NCBI GenBank assembly: GCA_964567785.1
Contig: CAZMOK010000006.1
Location: 7,331-71,330 of the forward strand
Direction: 5' to 3'
Length of the DNA: 64,000 bases
Source of the DNA: an uncultured Bacteroidales bacterium
GTDB lineage: Bacteria > Bacteroidota > Bacteroidia > Bacteroidales > JAGOPY01
Below, one piece after another: positions 18,362 through 27,176 of this stretch. A model generated the notes under the pieces. It did not search any database. It saw only the letters and a program-made list of their open reading frames with translations, and was not told the DNA's origin. Both the position numbers and the translations under genes were made by a program. The first letter of the stretch is position 1. Every line of letters starts with the position of its first letter.

Positions 18362-21307
18362 ATGTTCTGGAACACACATTCATATTACAGCCTGAGGTAC
18401 GGGACGCTGTCGCCCGAAAAGCTGGTAAAACTGGCTGCAGAGCATGACATAGACGAGCTGGGCCTGACCGACATCAACAACTCGAGCGGCATGCCCGATT
18501 TTGTGAAGCTTTGCAGGGAGCAAGGCATAAAGCCCATGGGAGGGATCGAGTTCAGGGATGAAAAGAACCGCTTGCTGTACACCGGCCTTGCCCGTAATAA
18601 CGAAGGAATGAAGGAAATGAACGAGTTCCTCACAAAGCACAACATCAATGGCACTCCCCTGCCACCCTCCCCGCCCGGGTTGCAAAACAGTTTTATCATT
18701 TATCCTTTCGGGACCGGAACAGAAAAACCCCTCCGGGAAAATGAAAGGATCGGGGTAAGCCCCTGGCAGGTAAGAAAACTGTTCAGCAAGGAGTACCGCG
18801 ACAACAGGCGCTCACTGGTAATCCGGCAGCCAGTGACATACCACGGGCAGCAGGGCTACCTGCTTCACCAGAACCTGCGGGCGATAGACAACAACACCCT
18901 GATAAGCAAGCTGGCACCTGGCGACATTGCTTCTCCGGGCGAATCGTTCAGGACCATGCCGGAACTGAAGGAGATCTTTTCAGATTACCCTGATATTGTT
19001 CAGAACACCCGGAAGATGACCGGCATGTGTGGGATCGATTTTGACTTCAAAAGCATCAAGAACAAGAAAACATTTACCGGAAGCCGCTACGACGACAGGA
19101 TATTGCTCGAAAAGCTGGCCATAGACGGGCTGGAATACCGGTACGGTAACGATAACAAGGAGGCCCGTGAAAGGGTCAGGAAGGAGCTGGAGATCATCGA
19201 CAGGATGGGTTTTTCAGCTTATTTCCTGATAACCTGGGACATAATCCGATATTCCATGACACGTGGTTATTACCATGTGGGCAGAGGTAGCGGCGCCAAC
19301 AGTGTAGTTGCTTACTGCCTGAAAATCACAGATGTTGACCCGATTGAGTTAAACCTTTACTTTGAAAGGTTCATCAATCCCCAACGCAGCAGCCCGCCCG
19401 ATTTTGACATTGATTACTCGTGGGATGAAAGAGACACGGTAACCGATTACATCTTCAAGCGATACGGGCGCGAGCACACCGCACTGCTGGGCACCATGTC
19501 GACCTTCAGGGGCAAGTCGATCTACCGGGAACTGGGAAAAGTTTACGGGTTGCCGAAAAAGGAGATCGACAATCTGATAGAGCACCCGGAAGCATCCATA
19601 AACAACAACAGCATTACGGCCCGGATCCACGGTATAGCAAAAACAATGGCTGATTTCCCAAACCTTCGGAGCATTCATGCAGGAGGCGTGCTTATTTCGG
19701 AGGAGCCGATAACTTACTACACGGCCCTCGACCTGCCGCCAAAGGGATTCCCGACAACACAATGGGATATGTATGTTGCCGAAGACATCGGCTTTGAGAA
19801 GCTGGATATCCTGAGTCAGAGAGGTATCGGGCATATCAAGGAATGTACTGATATAATCAGCCGGAACCGTAGGACAAAAGTTGACATCCACCGGGTGCAG
19901 GAGTTCAAGGAAGACCCGAAAGTGCGCAGTCAGCTCAAGCGTGCCGAAACGAACGGCTGTTTTTACATTGAAAGTCCGGCCATGCGCGGGCTTCTCACAA
20001 AACTCCAGTGCGACAACTACCTGACCCTGGTTGCCGCCAGTTCCATCATACGGCCCGGTGTGGCCAAGTCAGGGATGATGAAGGAATACATCAACCGCTT
20101 CCACAATCCCGGGAGCTTTGAATACATCCATCCTGTGATGAAGGAACAACTCGAGGAAACCTATGGGGTGATGGTCTACCAGGAAGATGTGCTGAAGATC
20201 TGCCATCATTTTGCCGGCCTCGACCTGTCAGACGCCGATGTGCTCAGACGCGCCATGAGCGGGAAATACCGAAGCAAGAAAGAGTTCAGGAAGATTGTCG
20301 ACAGGTTTTTCGAGAACTGCAAGGCAAAAGGATACCCTGAGGATATCACCAATGAAGTGTGGCGGCAGGTGGAGTCTTTTGCGGGGTATTCCTTTTCGAA
20401 GGCCCATTCCGCCTCGTATGCCGTTGAAAGCTTCCAGAGCCTCTACCTGAAAGCTTACTTCCCGCTGGATTTCATGGTAGCCGTGATCAATAATTTCGGC
20501 GGTTTTTACCACACCTGGGTGTATTTCAATGAAGCCGGGAGATGTGGGGGAAAGGTCAGGCTACCCTGCGTGAACCATAGCGACTATAAGACCAATATTA
20601 TCGGTGACGAGATCTACACCGGCTTCATCCACATGGCCAACCTTGAAACAACAACAGGAAAGAGCATTCCCGGGGAGAGGTCACTGAACGGGCCTTTCAG
20701 GTCGCTTGAGAACTTTGTGGGCAGGATAAACACCGGGCTTGAACAGCTTATATTGCTGATAAGGATCGGCGCTTTTCGTTTTACGAAAAAATCAAAGGCC
20801 GAATTGTTGTGGGAAGCCCATCTCCTATTGGGCAAAAAAACGGACAATAAGCATTTCAATGCCCTGTTCGCAGCCCCGGTCAAGAAATACAATCTGCCCC
20901 AACTTGAATACCATGCCGTGGAAGACGCCTATGATGAACTGGAACTATTGGGATGGCCGGTGAGCCTCAGTTACTTCGACCTGCTGAAAACCACTTTCAG
21001 GGGTGAGGTCAGGGCAAAAGACCTGGCATCACACGTTGGAAAAACGGTTCGGATGGTAGGCAACCTTGTAACCATCAAATATGTAAGGACCGTTAAAAGG
21101 GAGATCATGAACTTTGCGGCTTTTCTGGATACAGAAGGCGAATTCTTTGATACGGTTCATTTCCCCGACAGCCTGAAAAACTATCCTTTCAAGGGGTATG
21201 GAGTGTACCTGGTACTTGGCAAAGTAGTCGAGGAATTTGGTTTTCCGAGTGTTGAAGTGTTGAAAATGGCGAAGCTCGAACTAAAGCCTGACCCCCGTGG
21301 AGCCTGA
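18362..21307 (+). CDS. dnaE2: Error-prone DNA polymerase III alpha (DnaE2-type)
   Basis: PHP domain (HSYYSLRYG, LTDINN), GRGSGANS, PDFDID, SIHAGG, FSKAHS, terminal OB fold; short (981 aa) and 3 nt downstream of dinB. Confidence 0.88.
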   Translation: MFWNTHSYYSLRYGTLSPEKLVKLAAEHDIDELGLTDINNSSGMPDFVKLCREQGIKPMGGIEFRDEKNRLLYTGLARNNEGMKEMNEFLTKHNINGTPLPPSPPGLQNSFIIYPFGTGTEKPLRENERIGVSPWQVRKLFSKEYRDNRRSLVIRQPVTYHGQQGYLLHQNLRAIDNNTLISKLAPGDIASPGESFRTMPELKEIFSDYPDIVQNTRKMTGMCGIDFDFKSIKNKKTFTGSRYDDRILLEKLAIDGLEYRYGNDNKEARERVRKELEIIDRMGFSAYFLITWDIIRYSMTRGYYHVGRGSGANSVVAYCLKITDVDPIELNLYFERFINPQRSSPPDFDIDYSWDERDTVTDYIFKRYGREHTALLGTMSTFRGKSIYRELGKVYGLPKKEIDNLIEHPEASINNNSITARIHGIAKTMADFPNLRSIHAGGVLISEEPITYYTALDLPPKGFPTTQWDMYVAEDIGFEKLDILSQRGIGHIKECTDIISRNRRTKVDIHRVQEFKEDPKVRSQLKRAETNGCFYIESPAMRGLLTKLQCDNYLTLVAASSIIRPGVAKSGMMKEYINRFHNPGSFEYIHPVMKEQLEETYGVMVYQEDVLKICHHFAGLDLSDADVLRRAMSGKYRSKKEFRKIVDRFFENCKAKGYPEDITNEVWRQVESFAGYSFSKAHSASYAVESFQSLYLKAYFPLDFMVAVINNFGGFYHTWVYFNEAGRCGGKVRLPCVNHSDYKTNIIGDEIYTGFIHMANLETTTGKSIPGERSLNGPFRSLENFVGRINTGLEQLILLIRIGAFRFTKKSKAELLWEAHLLLGKKTDNKHFNALFAAPVKKYNLPQLEYHAVEDAYDELELLGWPVSLSYFDLLKTTFRGEVRAKDLASHVGKTVRMVGNLVTIKYVRTVKREIMNFAAFLDTEGEFFDTVHFPDSLKNYPFKGYGVYLVLGKVVEEFGFPSVEVLKMAKLELKPDPRGA

Positions 21308-21325
21308 GGGTCCAGAAAGATGTGA

Positions 21326-22150
21326 TCAATTAAGGTCGATCTCGAAGAAGTCACCCTCTTCCCTGTTCCTTTTGTTGGCCCCCATACCTTGCAGCTTCAC
21401 ATCATCGCTCCTGGAAATGTCCTTTTCGGCAACCAGTCGCTGACCTGTCGGCTTAATAAGCTCTTTACCATCGGCCCTGGGGTTTTTGATGCTGTCGGAA
21501 ATCGGGTAAGCATTCATTCTTTCAGCAGGAAAAGGTTGAAGTAATTTTGTAATATCGGTAAGCGGCATATCACCCTTAAGCCATGATTTCTCGGCTTTCC
21601 TTGATAATATTACCGGGGAACGGTGATGAGGCAGCTTTTGGAGCAGTTCATTTGCGACAGTTGTAATAATAGAAAATGATTTTAGGATCTCCCCTGTTTC
21701 CTTGTTAACCCAGGTGTCCCATATCCCTGCAAAGGAAAATGGCCTTTCTTTGTCTTTAAGATAAACAAGGAAAGGCTTGCTGAGCTTTTCTTTTGTAGTT
21801 CCTTCGATGAATGCATCGGCGGGGACCAGACATCTTTGGGAACGGATGGCCTTCCTGAAAGAAGGCTTTTTGATGATGCCTTTTGCACCGTTGTATCCGG
21901 GGTCATTGTCCTTGTTATGGTCGCCCTCTGACCTGGCATTGAACAGGTACATTGGTTTTTTGGCCCAGAAAGGTGTCATCCCGAATCGAAGAAGACTTAA
22001 CTCCTGAGGGTTCTCATTTGTTATGACAGGTGCAAACTGACCCGGTGATATATTATAGCTCGGCCTGTAATCGAATAGCTCAGGTGCCTTCACGTTGAAC
22101 CTTTTTTCGATCTCCCCAAGTTTCTGGACCAGTATGTACCTGCCACACAT
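21326..22150 (-). CDS. SOS response-associated peptidase (SRAP; YedK/HMCES family)
   Basis: N-terminal MCGRY with catalytic Cys2, YNISP, FNARSE, RCLVPA, HHRSPVIL. Confidence 0.92.
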   Translation of the reverse strand: MCGRYILVQKLGEIEKRFNVKAPELFDYRPSYNISPGQFAPVITNENPQELSLLRFGMTPFWAKKPMYLFNARSEGDHNKDNDPGYNGAKGIIKKPSFRKAIRSQRCLVPADAFIEGTTKEKLSKPFLVYLKDKERPFSFAGIWDTWVNKETGEILKSFSIITTVANELLQKLPHHRSPVILSRKAEKSWLKGDMPLTDITKLLQPFPAERMNAYPISDSIKNPRADGKELIKPTGQRLVAEKDISRSDDVKLQGMGANKRNREEGDFFEIDLN

Positions 22151-22156
22151 TGCTTT

Positions 22157-23050
22157 TTAAATCTTAAGTTGTGAAAGTATTTCGTAAGGAAGGTAGTCCC
22201 ATTCAGGGTCATCCATGATTATGGTAACGATAATACCTTCCCTGATTGTAACAAAGATACCCTTCCCCCTTCTATCAAGCATTTCAAAATGATCTTCGAA
22301 GGAAGTGAAAGCAGAGAACCTTGTATGCCCGCTGAATATTGAGGTCAACTGTTCATAGACTTCATCGGCTTTGCCATTTTCCCGGTAGGAGAACAAGATA
22401 ACCTTATGGTCACCGTAATCGGCTGAGGCACCTTTATGTACCTCGAAATGATCGCGGTAATCAAAATGATAGATATTTGAGAGGCCTATATTCCCTTCAA
22501 AGTACTTTATTGCCAGCAGGCCTTCATCAGGCAGGTAACCGGAAATCTGAGGCACAGAACCCTCACCCTTTAGTTTTTCGTCAAATATCTCTGCCAGGTG
22601 AATTGCATCGGCCCGGACTTCTTCATCTGGATTTTCAATGGTTATGATACAAAAGTATTTTCCTTTCCAGAAACCCAGGTAACTGTCAGAAACATACCCT
22701 TTATCAACTGTCTCAAGGGTTTTTGCATCTTTAGGGAGATATTTCAGGTAGATACCATAGGCTGCATGGTCGTCTTCCATCTCATATACTTCAGCCCGTA
22801 TTCTCTGGTCCTGGTTGTTGACATACTTGTACAGGACAACATTCTGAAATCCGTATTCAAAGAACAGGTCGGCCCCTCCGTTGATGAGGATGAAAAGGTC
22901 GTCACCCTCATAGACTTTTGGAGGTTCAACTTCGGCCCATTCACTCAATACCGGGTCTGGCTCCAGTTCAATATTGATCTCGTATGATTGGGCTGACATG
23001 CCTATTGTAAAGAGAATAAATGAAATTACCGTAAGATATTTCCAGGTCAT
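22157..23050 (-). CDS. Exported hypothetical protein (DUF6599-like)
   Basis: Signal peptide ending SA|Q; LFILINGGADLFFEYGF and EVYEM...AYGIY segments; 4-nt overlap with the upstream DUF362 gene. Confidence 0.6.
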   Translation of the reverse strand: MTWKYLTVISFILFTIGMSAQSYEINIELEPDPVLSEWAEVEPPKVYEGDDLFILINGGADLFFEYGFQNVVLYKYVNNQDQRIRAEVYEMEDDHAAYGIYLKYLPKDAKTLETVDKGYVSDSYLGFWKGKYFCIITIENPDEEVRADAIHLAEIFDEKLKGEGSVPQISGYLPDEGLLAIKYFEGNIGLSNIYHFDYRDHFEVHKGASADYGDHKVILFSYRENGKADEVYEQLTSIFSGHTRFSAFTSFEDHFEMLDRRGKGIFVTIREGIIVTIIMDDPEWDYLPYEILSQLKI

Positions 23051-23994
23051 GATCCGATTACTTTTTCAATCGCTAAGTTACTTATGTCCATCGATCCCAC
23101 TCCAATATCATGGGCCTTTACTATCGAAATAATGTCTTGCGGTGTATACCCGACATACTCGCAGGCCAATACATCCATAGCCACCGGATCGGTTCCTGCG
23201 AGGACATGGTCGAACCTGTTCATTTCCCCCGGTCCGTTTGGTCCGTTGGTTATTATCATCTCACTGGCATCCATTACCACAAGATCCGGTTTGCGGACTA
23301 AATTTAGTTCAGCGATGCACTGCCCCAGGTATTCCGGGTTGTTTCTTTCGCCTGAACCCAGGTGGTATTCCACATTGGAGGCCCTTGTCTGGATCCCCAT
23401 CATATTTTTTAGCGAAGCTGTGATGAAAGTGGTTGCATGATGCTTGGCAATGGGAATGTTTATGAACACATCACAATCGAGTACAGCCCTGATCACTTCA
23501 ATATTCTTGATTATTTCTGCTCCTTCTACTTTTTTCAGGGTAGTAAAGTCCTGTTCGTTGTATTCTGCAGGGAATTTATTTGACTGGACCACCTCCAACT
23601 GTTGCGTTAACTCTGATTTTTGAGGCCCTTTTTCTGTGCGCTGCCAATAATTATCAGGAATTGTTTGTAGAAGGGTTATTTCTTTTGCCCCGGCATTGTA
23701 GCATTCCTCAATAACTGCCAGGGGTATATCGGGATTCACATAGGCACCTTTTGTTTCAAAGCTCGCATTGATCAGCAGCCCGACAACATCGTTTTCAGAC
23801 ACAAAACGTCTTATTCCTCCGAGGTGGTTAACAGCATCAATTGTATTTTTGAAGAAGTCAGTGCCCTCAACTATGGAAATATCGGGTGTGGCTGGGGTTT
23901 GTTGGGAGTAAACCCATTTAGGGATTCCTGAAAGAGTCGTGAAGGCAGCGGCACTGACAAAGCTACCTTTTCTAATAAAATCACGTCTTTTCAT
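23047..23994 (-). CDS. DUF362 domain protein with Tat-like signal
   Basis: MKRRDFIRKG twin-arginine leader; INIPIAKHH, ASLKNMMG, GPNGPG, DPVAMD. Confidence 0.8.
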   Translation of the reverse strand: MKRRDFIRKGSFVSAAAFTTLSGIPKWVYSQQTPATPDISIVEGTDFFKNTIDAVNHLGGIRRFVSENDVVGLLINASFETKGAYVNPDIPLAVIEECYNAGAKEITLLQTIPDNYWQRTEKGPQKSELTQQLEVVQSNKFPAEYNEQDFTTLKKVEGAEIIKNIEVIRAVLDCDVFINIPIAKHHATTFITASLKNMMGIQTRASNVEYHLGSGERNNPEYLGQCIAELNLVRKPDLVVMDASEMIITNGPNGPGEMNRFDHVLAGTDPVAMDVLACEYVGYTPQDIISIVKAHDIGVGSMDISNLAIEKVIGS

Positions 23995-24060
23995 TTGGCT
24001 TGTTTGTGGTTTAGTGAGATGATAAATTTAAAGAATAAATAACAGGTAAATGAGTGAACC

Positions 24061-24096
24061 TAATAAAGAATGCCATCCGGTTAACGAGATGGCATT
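24061..24096 (-). terminator. Intrinsic terminator after the SRPBCC-GyrI gene
   Basis: 9-bp stem AATGCCATC/GATGGCATT followed on the - strand by CTTTATTA. Confidence 0.6.
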
Positions 24097-24117
24097 ATGA
24101 GATAACATTCAAAATTA

Positions 24118-25110
24118 TCAATCATATAGAAAATAAATATCGGTACGCCATTTGGCGGTATCAGGTTCCATTGTTGGATCAGTCATATATATTTCAAGGG
24201 GGCCTCCTTTCATAGTGAGCCCGTGTTCCATAAGATACTCATCCATAGCCACATAAAGACCTTCAGATGCGTCATAGGCCCCATAGTGTATTCCTTTTAT
24301 AGCCTTCTTTTCAGGGAACATTTTCATATTTACATTTCCTTTTACTTTAATCTTTTCATTAACCGGAATGCCTGCTTCAAAGGCAGCAAACTGTTGCTCT
24401 TCATCCCACACTAAATAACTGGTAAAGGGCATTCCTGTCATTGCAAGGCCTCGTTTGCGGATTACATCAGACAGTTTTCCATACATTTCGGCCATTTTCG
24501 GTCCAATCTGGTCCCAGGAACATGAATCCACAATAGTTAGTGCAATCATTTCCGGGGTGGTTGTTTTTTCAATTGCCGGAGGGTTAGGTATAGACTCTGT
24601 AACTTCTTTAAGATTTTCCAGCCCTTCATTGAACATATCCTGCATCATTCCTTTCAGGAAGAAAAATATGACCCTTTCAAAGGGATAGGATGTTTCTGAC
24701 TCCATCCCCCATTTTACCAGAGTACCACCGTCTTTTTCCTCAAATGTGAAATAGCTTGTGCTTTCGCTCTGTTCATAGATATCGAGTTCGGTTCTGATCA
24801 GCTCATAGGGCACACTTTCGGTGATGGTTTGTTTTCCATTGCCTTGTGTTTCACTTGTCCAGGTATGAATAGCTCCTTCGCCAAGTTTAGGCCCACCATA
24901 TTCAGATTTCATGTCAGGATCCGCCATTTCCCATGGTGACCATGCTGACCAGTTTTGGAAGTTATTCACTTGTTTGAATACAAGAGAGGGAGGCTTGTTG
25001 ATGGTTTTACTGGCTTCGACCTCGAACTGTTTAGGTATCAGGGCAGCTCCAATCAGGAACAGAGCTATCACTATAAGCAGGATAAATCCAATAATTTTAA
25101 GTGCTTTCAT
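24118..25110 (-). CDS. Membrane-anchored SRPBCC + GyrI-like small-molecule-binding protein
   Basis: N-terminal TM helix, WSAWSPW START-like domain, C-terminal GyrI-like domain (HYGAYD, PLEIYMTDP). Confidence 0.8.
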   Translation of the reverse strand: MKALKIIGFILLIVIALFLIGAALIPKQFEVEASKTINKPPSLVFKQVNNFQNWSAWSPWEMADPDMKSEYGGPKLGEGAIHTWTSETQGNGKQTITESVPYELIRTELDIYEQSESTSYFTFEEKDGGTLVKWGMESETSYPFERVIFFFLKGMMQDMFNEGLENLKEVTESIPNPPAIEKTTTPEMIALTIVDSCSWDQIGPKMAEMYGKLSDVIRKRGLAMTGMPFTSYLVWDEEQQFAAFEAGIPVNEKIKVKGNVNMKMFPEKKAIKGIHYGAYDASEGLYVAMDEYLMEHGLTMKGGPLEIYMTDPTMEPDTAKWRTDIYFLYD

Positions 25111-25178
25111 AGTTTGTTTTGTTGAGGGGTTTTGATTTGGATGTAAATATACGTTAAGGAGAAAGGGATTTCAAGTAA

Positions 25179-25812
25179 GGTTGCCAACTTTATAGGGTTG
25201 GCAACCCAGAATCAAATTCTGGTTCAAAATATTTCAATTGTTCCTTCATAACATTGTGATAGGATTTGAAATCATCAATACTACCAAATATTTTAAATAG
25301 CTCATTTCTAGCAAGTTTAGATCTACCTCGTTTTATTAAAGTTTGATACGAACTATATTTATATTGCCTAAAATCTTCAATAAACCCATCCTTTTCAGGA
25401 TTATAGTGAATATAAAAGACAAGTCTTTTCAAATATCTATTGGTGTTGATTTCTTTTCTTCGGAAATGCTTTCTAAAAAGGCTTCCAGATCTATTTTCCT
25501 GCTTATTTATTCCTAAGGCAAAACCCTGAAACATTTTCCTGAACTGCTCTGATGCTCCAGGTTTGAGTATTTTAACCAATAAATGAAAATGATTTGGCAT
25601 CAAACAATATGAATAGGTTTTGGTATATCCAAATAAATACTCCTCATATCTTCTAATAAAGAAATTATAGTTGGCAGGCCGATAAAAAAGCCTTTCCTTG
25701 TTGTTTCCTTGATTATAAATATGGTAATACTTTCCTTCCTTTAATGGCGATATGATAGTAGCTGTAGGCATATCAAGTCTTTAGGGTTGCCAACCCTATA
25801 AGGTTGGCAACC
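25179..25812 (-). mobile_element. REPtron-like element: Y1/HUH transposase flanked by inverted REP-like hairpins
   Basis: Hairpins GGTTGCCAAC-N8-GTTGGCAACC at 25179-25206 and 25785-25812 are reverse complements of each other (1 mismatch); the interior is low GC. Confidence 0.75.
25190..25771 (-). CDS. REP-associated tyrosine transposase (RAYT / IS200-like Y1 HUH)
   Basis: YYHIYNQG, YCLMPNHFHLL (HUH), YIHYNP (catalytic Tyr), YKYSSY. Confidence 0.85.
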   Translation of the reverse strand: MPTATIISPLKEGKYYHIYNQGNNKERLFYRPANYNFFIRRYEEYLFGYTKTYSYCLMPNHFHLLVKILKPGASEQFRKMFQGFALGINKQENRSGSLFRKHFRRKEINTNRYLKRLVFYIHYNPEKDGFIEDFRQYKYSSYQTLIKRGRSKLARNELFKIFGSIDDFKSYHNVMKEQLKYFEPEFDSGLPTL

Positions 25813-25854
25813 GGTATTAATCGAGAAACTCTCAAAAAATACCCCCTCCTTCCC

Positions 25855-25887
25855 AAAAAAAAAGCCATCCCCTCTCGGAAATGGCTT
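25855..25887 (-). terminator. Intrinsic terminator of the infC-rpmI-rplT operon
   Basis: On the - strand, AAGCCATTTCC-GAGA-GGGGATGGCTT (GNRA loop, G:U pairs) followed by a U-tract. Confidence 0.8.
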
Positions 25888-25912
25888 AAAATCAACATTA
25901 TAAAAAGTAAAA

Positions 25913-26260
25913 TTATTTCTTGACCCTGTCTACAACTGCCTTAAAAGCCTCAGGATGATTCATGGCAAGATCTGCAAGAACCTTGCGGCTTAAGTCAATA
26001 TTGTGCTTCTTCAATTGACCCATGAATACAGAATAAGACATACCGTATTCCCTTACACCAGCATTTATTCGCTGAATCCATAGTGCACGGAAATTTCTCT
26101 TCTTTACCCTCCTGTCACGATATGAGTACTGTAACCCTTTTTCATAGGCGTTCTTTGCTACTGTCCAGACGTTTTTCCTCCGCCCGAACTGTCCTTTTAC
26201 CCGCTTCATGATCTTTTTCCTGCGGGCTCTTGATGATACTGTGTTTACTGATCTAGGCAT
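25913..26260 (-). CDS. rplT: 50S ribosomal protein bL20
   Basis: MPRSVN...[18 protein letters not shown]...[10 protein letters not shown]. Confidence 0.98.
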   Translation of the reverse strand: MPRSVNTVSSRARRKKIMKRVKGQFGRRKNVWTVAKNAYEKGLQYSYRDRRVKKRNFRALWIQRINAGVREYGMSYSVFMGQLKKHNIDLSRKVLADLAMNHPEAFKAVVDRVKK

Positions 26261-26327
26261 TTCTTCTTGATTTTTTACTTCAGCGTCTTTTCAGATCTTT
26301 TGGGCTGAAAGTAAGTTAAACATTACA

Positions 26328-26522
26328 TTACTTGGCAAGCATCCGCTTGACATTCTTCTCGTCTACCTTATCAACAATAGCAAATTTTCCAAGATTTCTT
26401 TTACGCTTCTTGGACTTCTTTGTCAAAATGTGACTTTTGTAGGCATGCTTGCGCTTCAGTTTTCCCGATCCGGTAAAGGTGAACCTTTTTTTAGCACCGG
26501 ATTTCGTTTTCATTTTAGGCAT
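26328..26522 (-). CDS. rpmI: 50S ribosomal protein bL35
   Basis: [14 protein letters not shown]...HILTKKS. Confidence 0.98.
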   Translation of the reverse strand: MPKMKTKSGAKKRFTFTGSGKLKRKHAYKSHILTKKSKKRKRNLGKFAIVDKVDEKNVKRMLAK

Positions 26523-26573
26523 TTCTCAAAAAATTTTATAGATAGTACTTAATTTTATCAAATTGAAAAATTG

Positions 26574-27158
26574 TTACTTTTCTTTTTTGGGAGCAACGAT
26601 CATGATCATTCTCTTCCCTTCCATTTTTGGTAGTTGCTCAACCTTGCCAATATCCGCAAGTTCCTGGGCAAACTTCAACAACACAAATTCACCCTTCTCT
26701 TTGTAAACAATGGTGCGTCCCTTGAAAAACACGTCCACTTTTACTTTGGCCCCATCATTCAGGAATTTTTGGGCATGCTTCAACTTAAAGTTAAAGTCAT
26801 GGTCATCAATGTTGGGCCCAAGCCTAATCTCCTTAACAACCACCTTGGCCGATTTAGCCTTGATCTCCTTTTCTTTTTTCTTCTTGTCGTAAAGGAACTT
26901 CTTGTAATCAATTATTTTGCATACAGGCGGATTGGCGGAAGGAGATATCTCCACCAAATCCAGGCCCTGCTCATCTGCCATTTTTAAGGCTTCTTTTATG
27001 TTATGAATGTCGTTGTCAACATTATCGCCCACAACCCTCACAACAGGTGCCTTGATTTTCTCATTGATCCTGTACGGTTCCTCTTTTCTAGGGCGGTTAA
27101 AAGGCCTTCCAGACCTCCTACCCCTGCCCCTGCCCTTTGGTTTAAACGGTGTCGCTAT
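26574..27158 (-). CDS. infC: Translation initiation factor IF-3 (probable AUA start)
   Basis: Frame extends 39 codons upstream of the tracked GTG and restores the YRINEKI N-terminal motif. It begins at ATA, preceded by AGAGGAG, 18 nt after the thrS stop. Confidence 0.92.
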   Translation of the reverse strand: MATPFKPKGRGRGRRSGRPFNRPRKEEPYRINEKIKAPVVRVVGDNVDNDIHNIKEALKMADEQGLDLVEISPSANPPVCKIIDYKKFLYDKKKKEKEIKAKSAKVVVKEIRLGPNIDDHDFNFKLKHAQKFLNDGAKVKVDVFFKGRTIVYKEKGEFVLLKFAQELADIGKVEQLPKMEGKRMIMIVAPKKEK

Positions 27159-27176
27159 AACTACTCCTCTTTTAAG

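Noticed and set aside
17189-18379. Long antisense ORFs (396 aa opposite dinB; 254 aa at 5201-5965; others in the ORF track)
   Set aside because: They are shadows of well-supported genes on the opposite strand, with no recognisable motifs.
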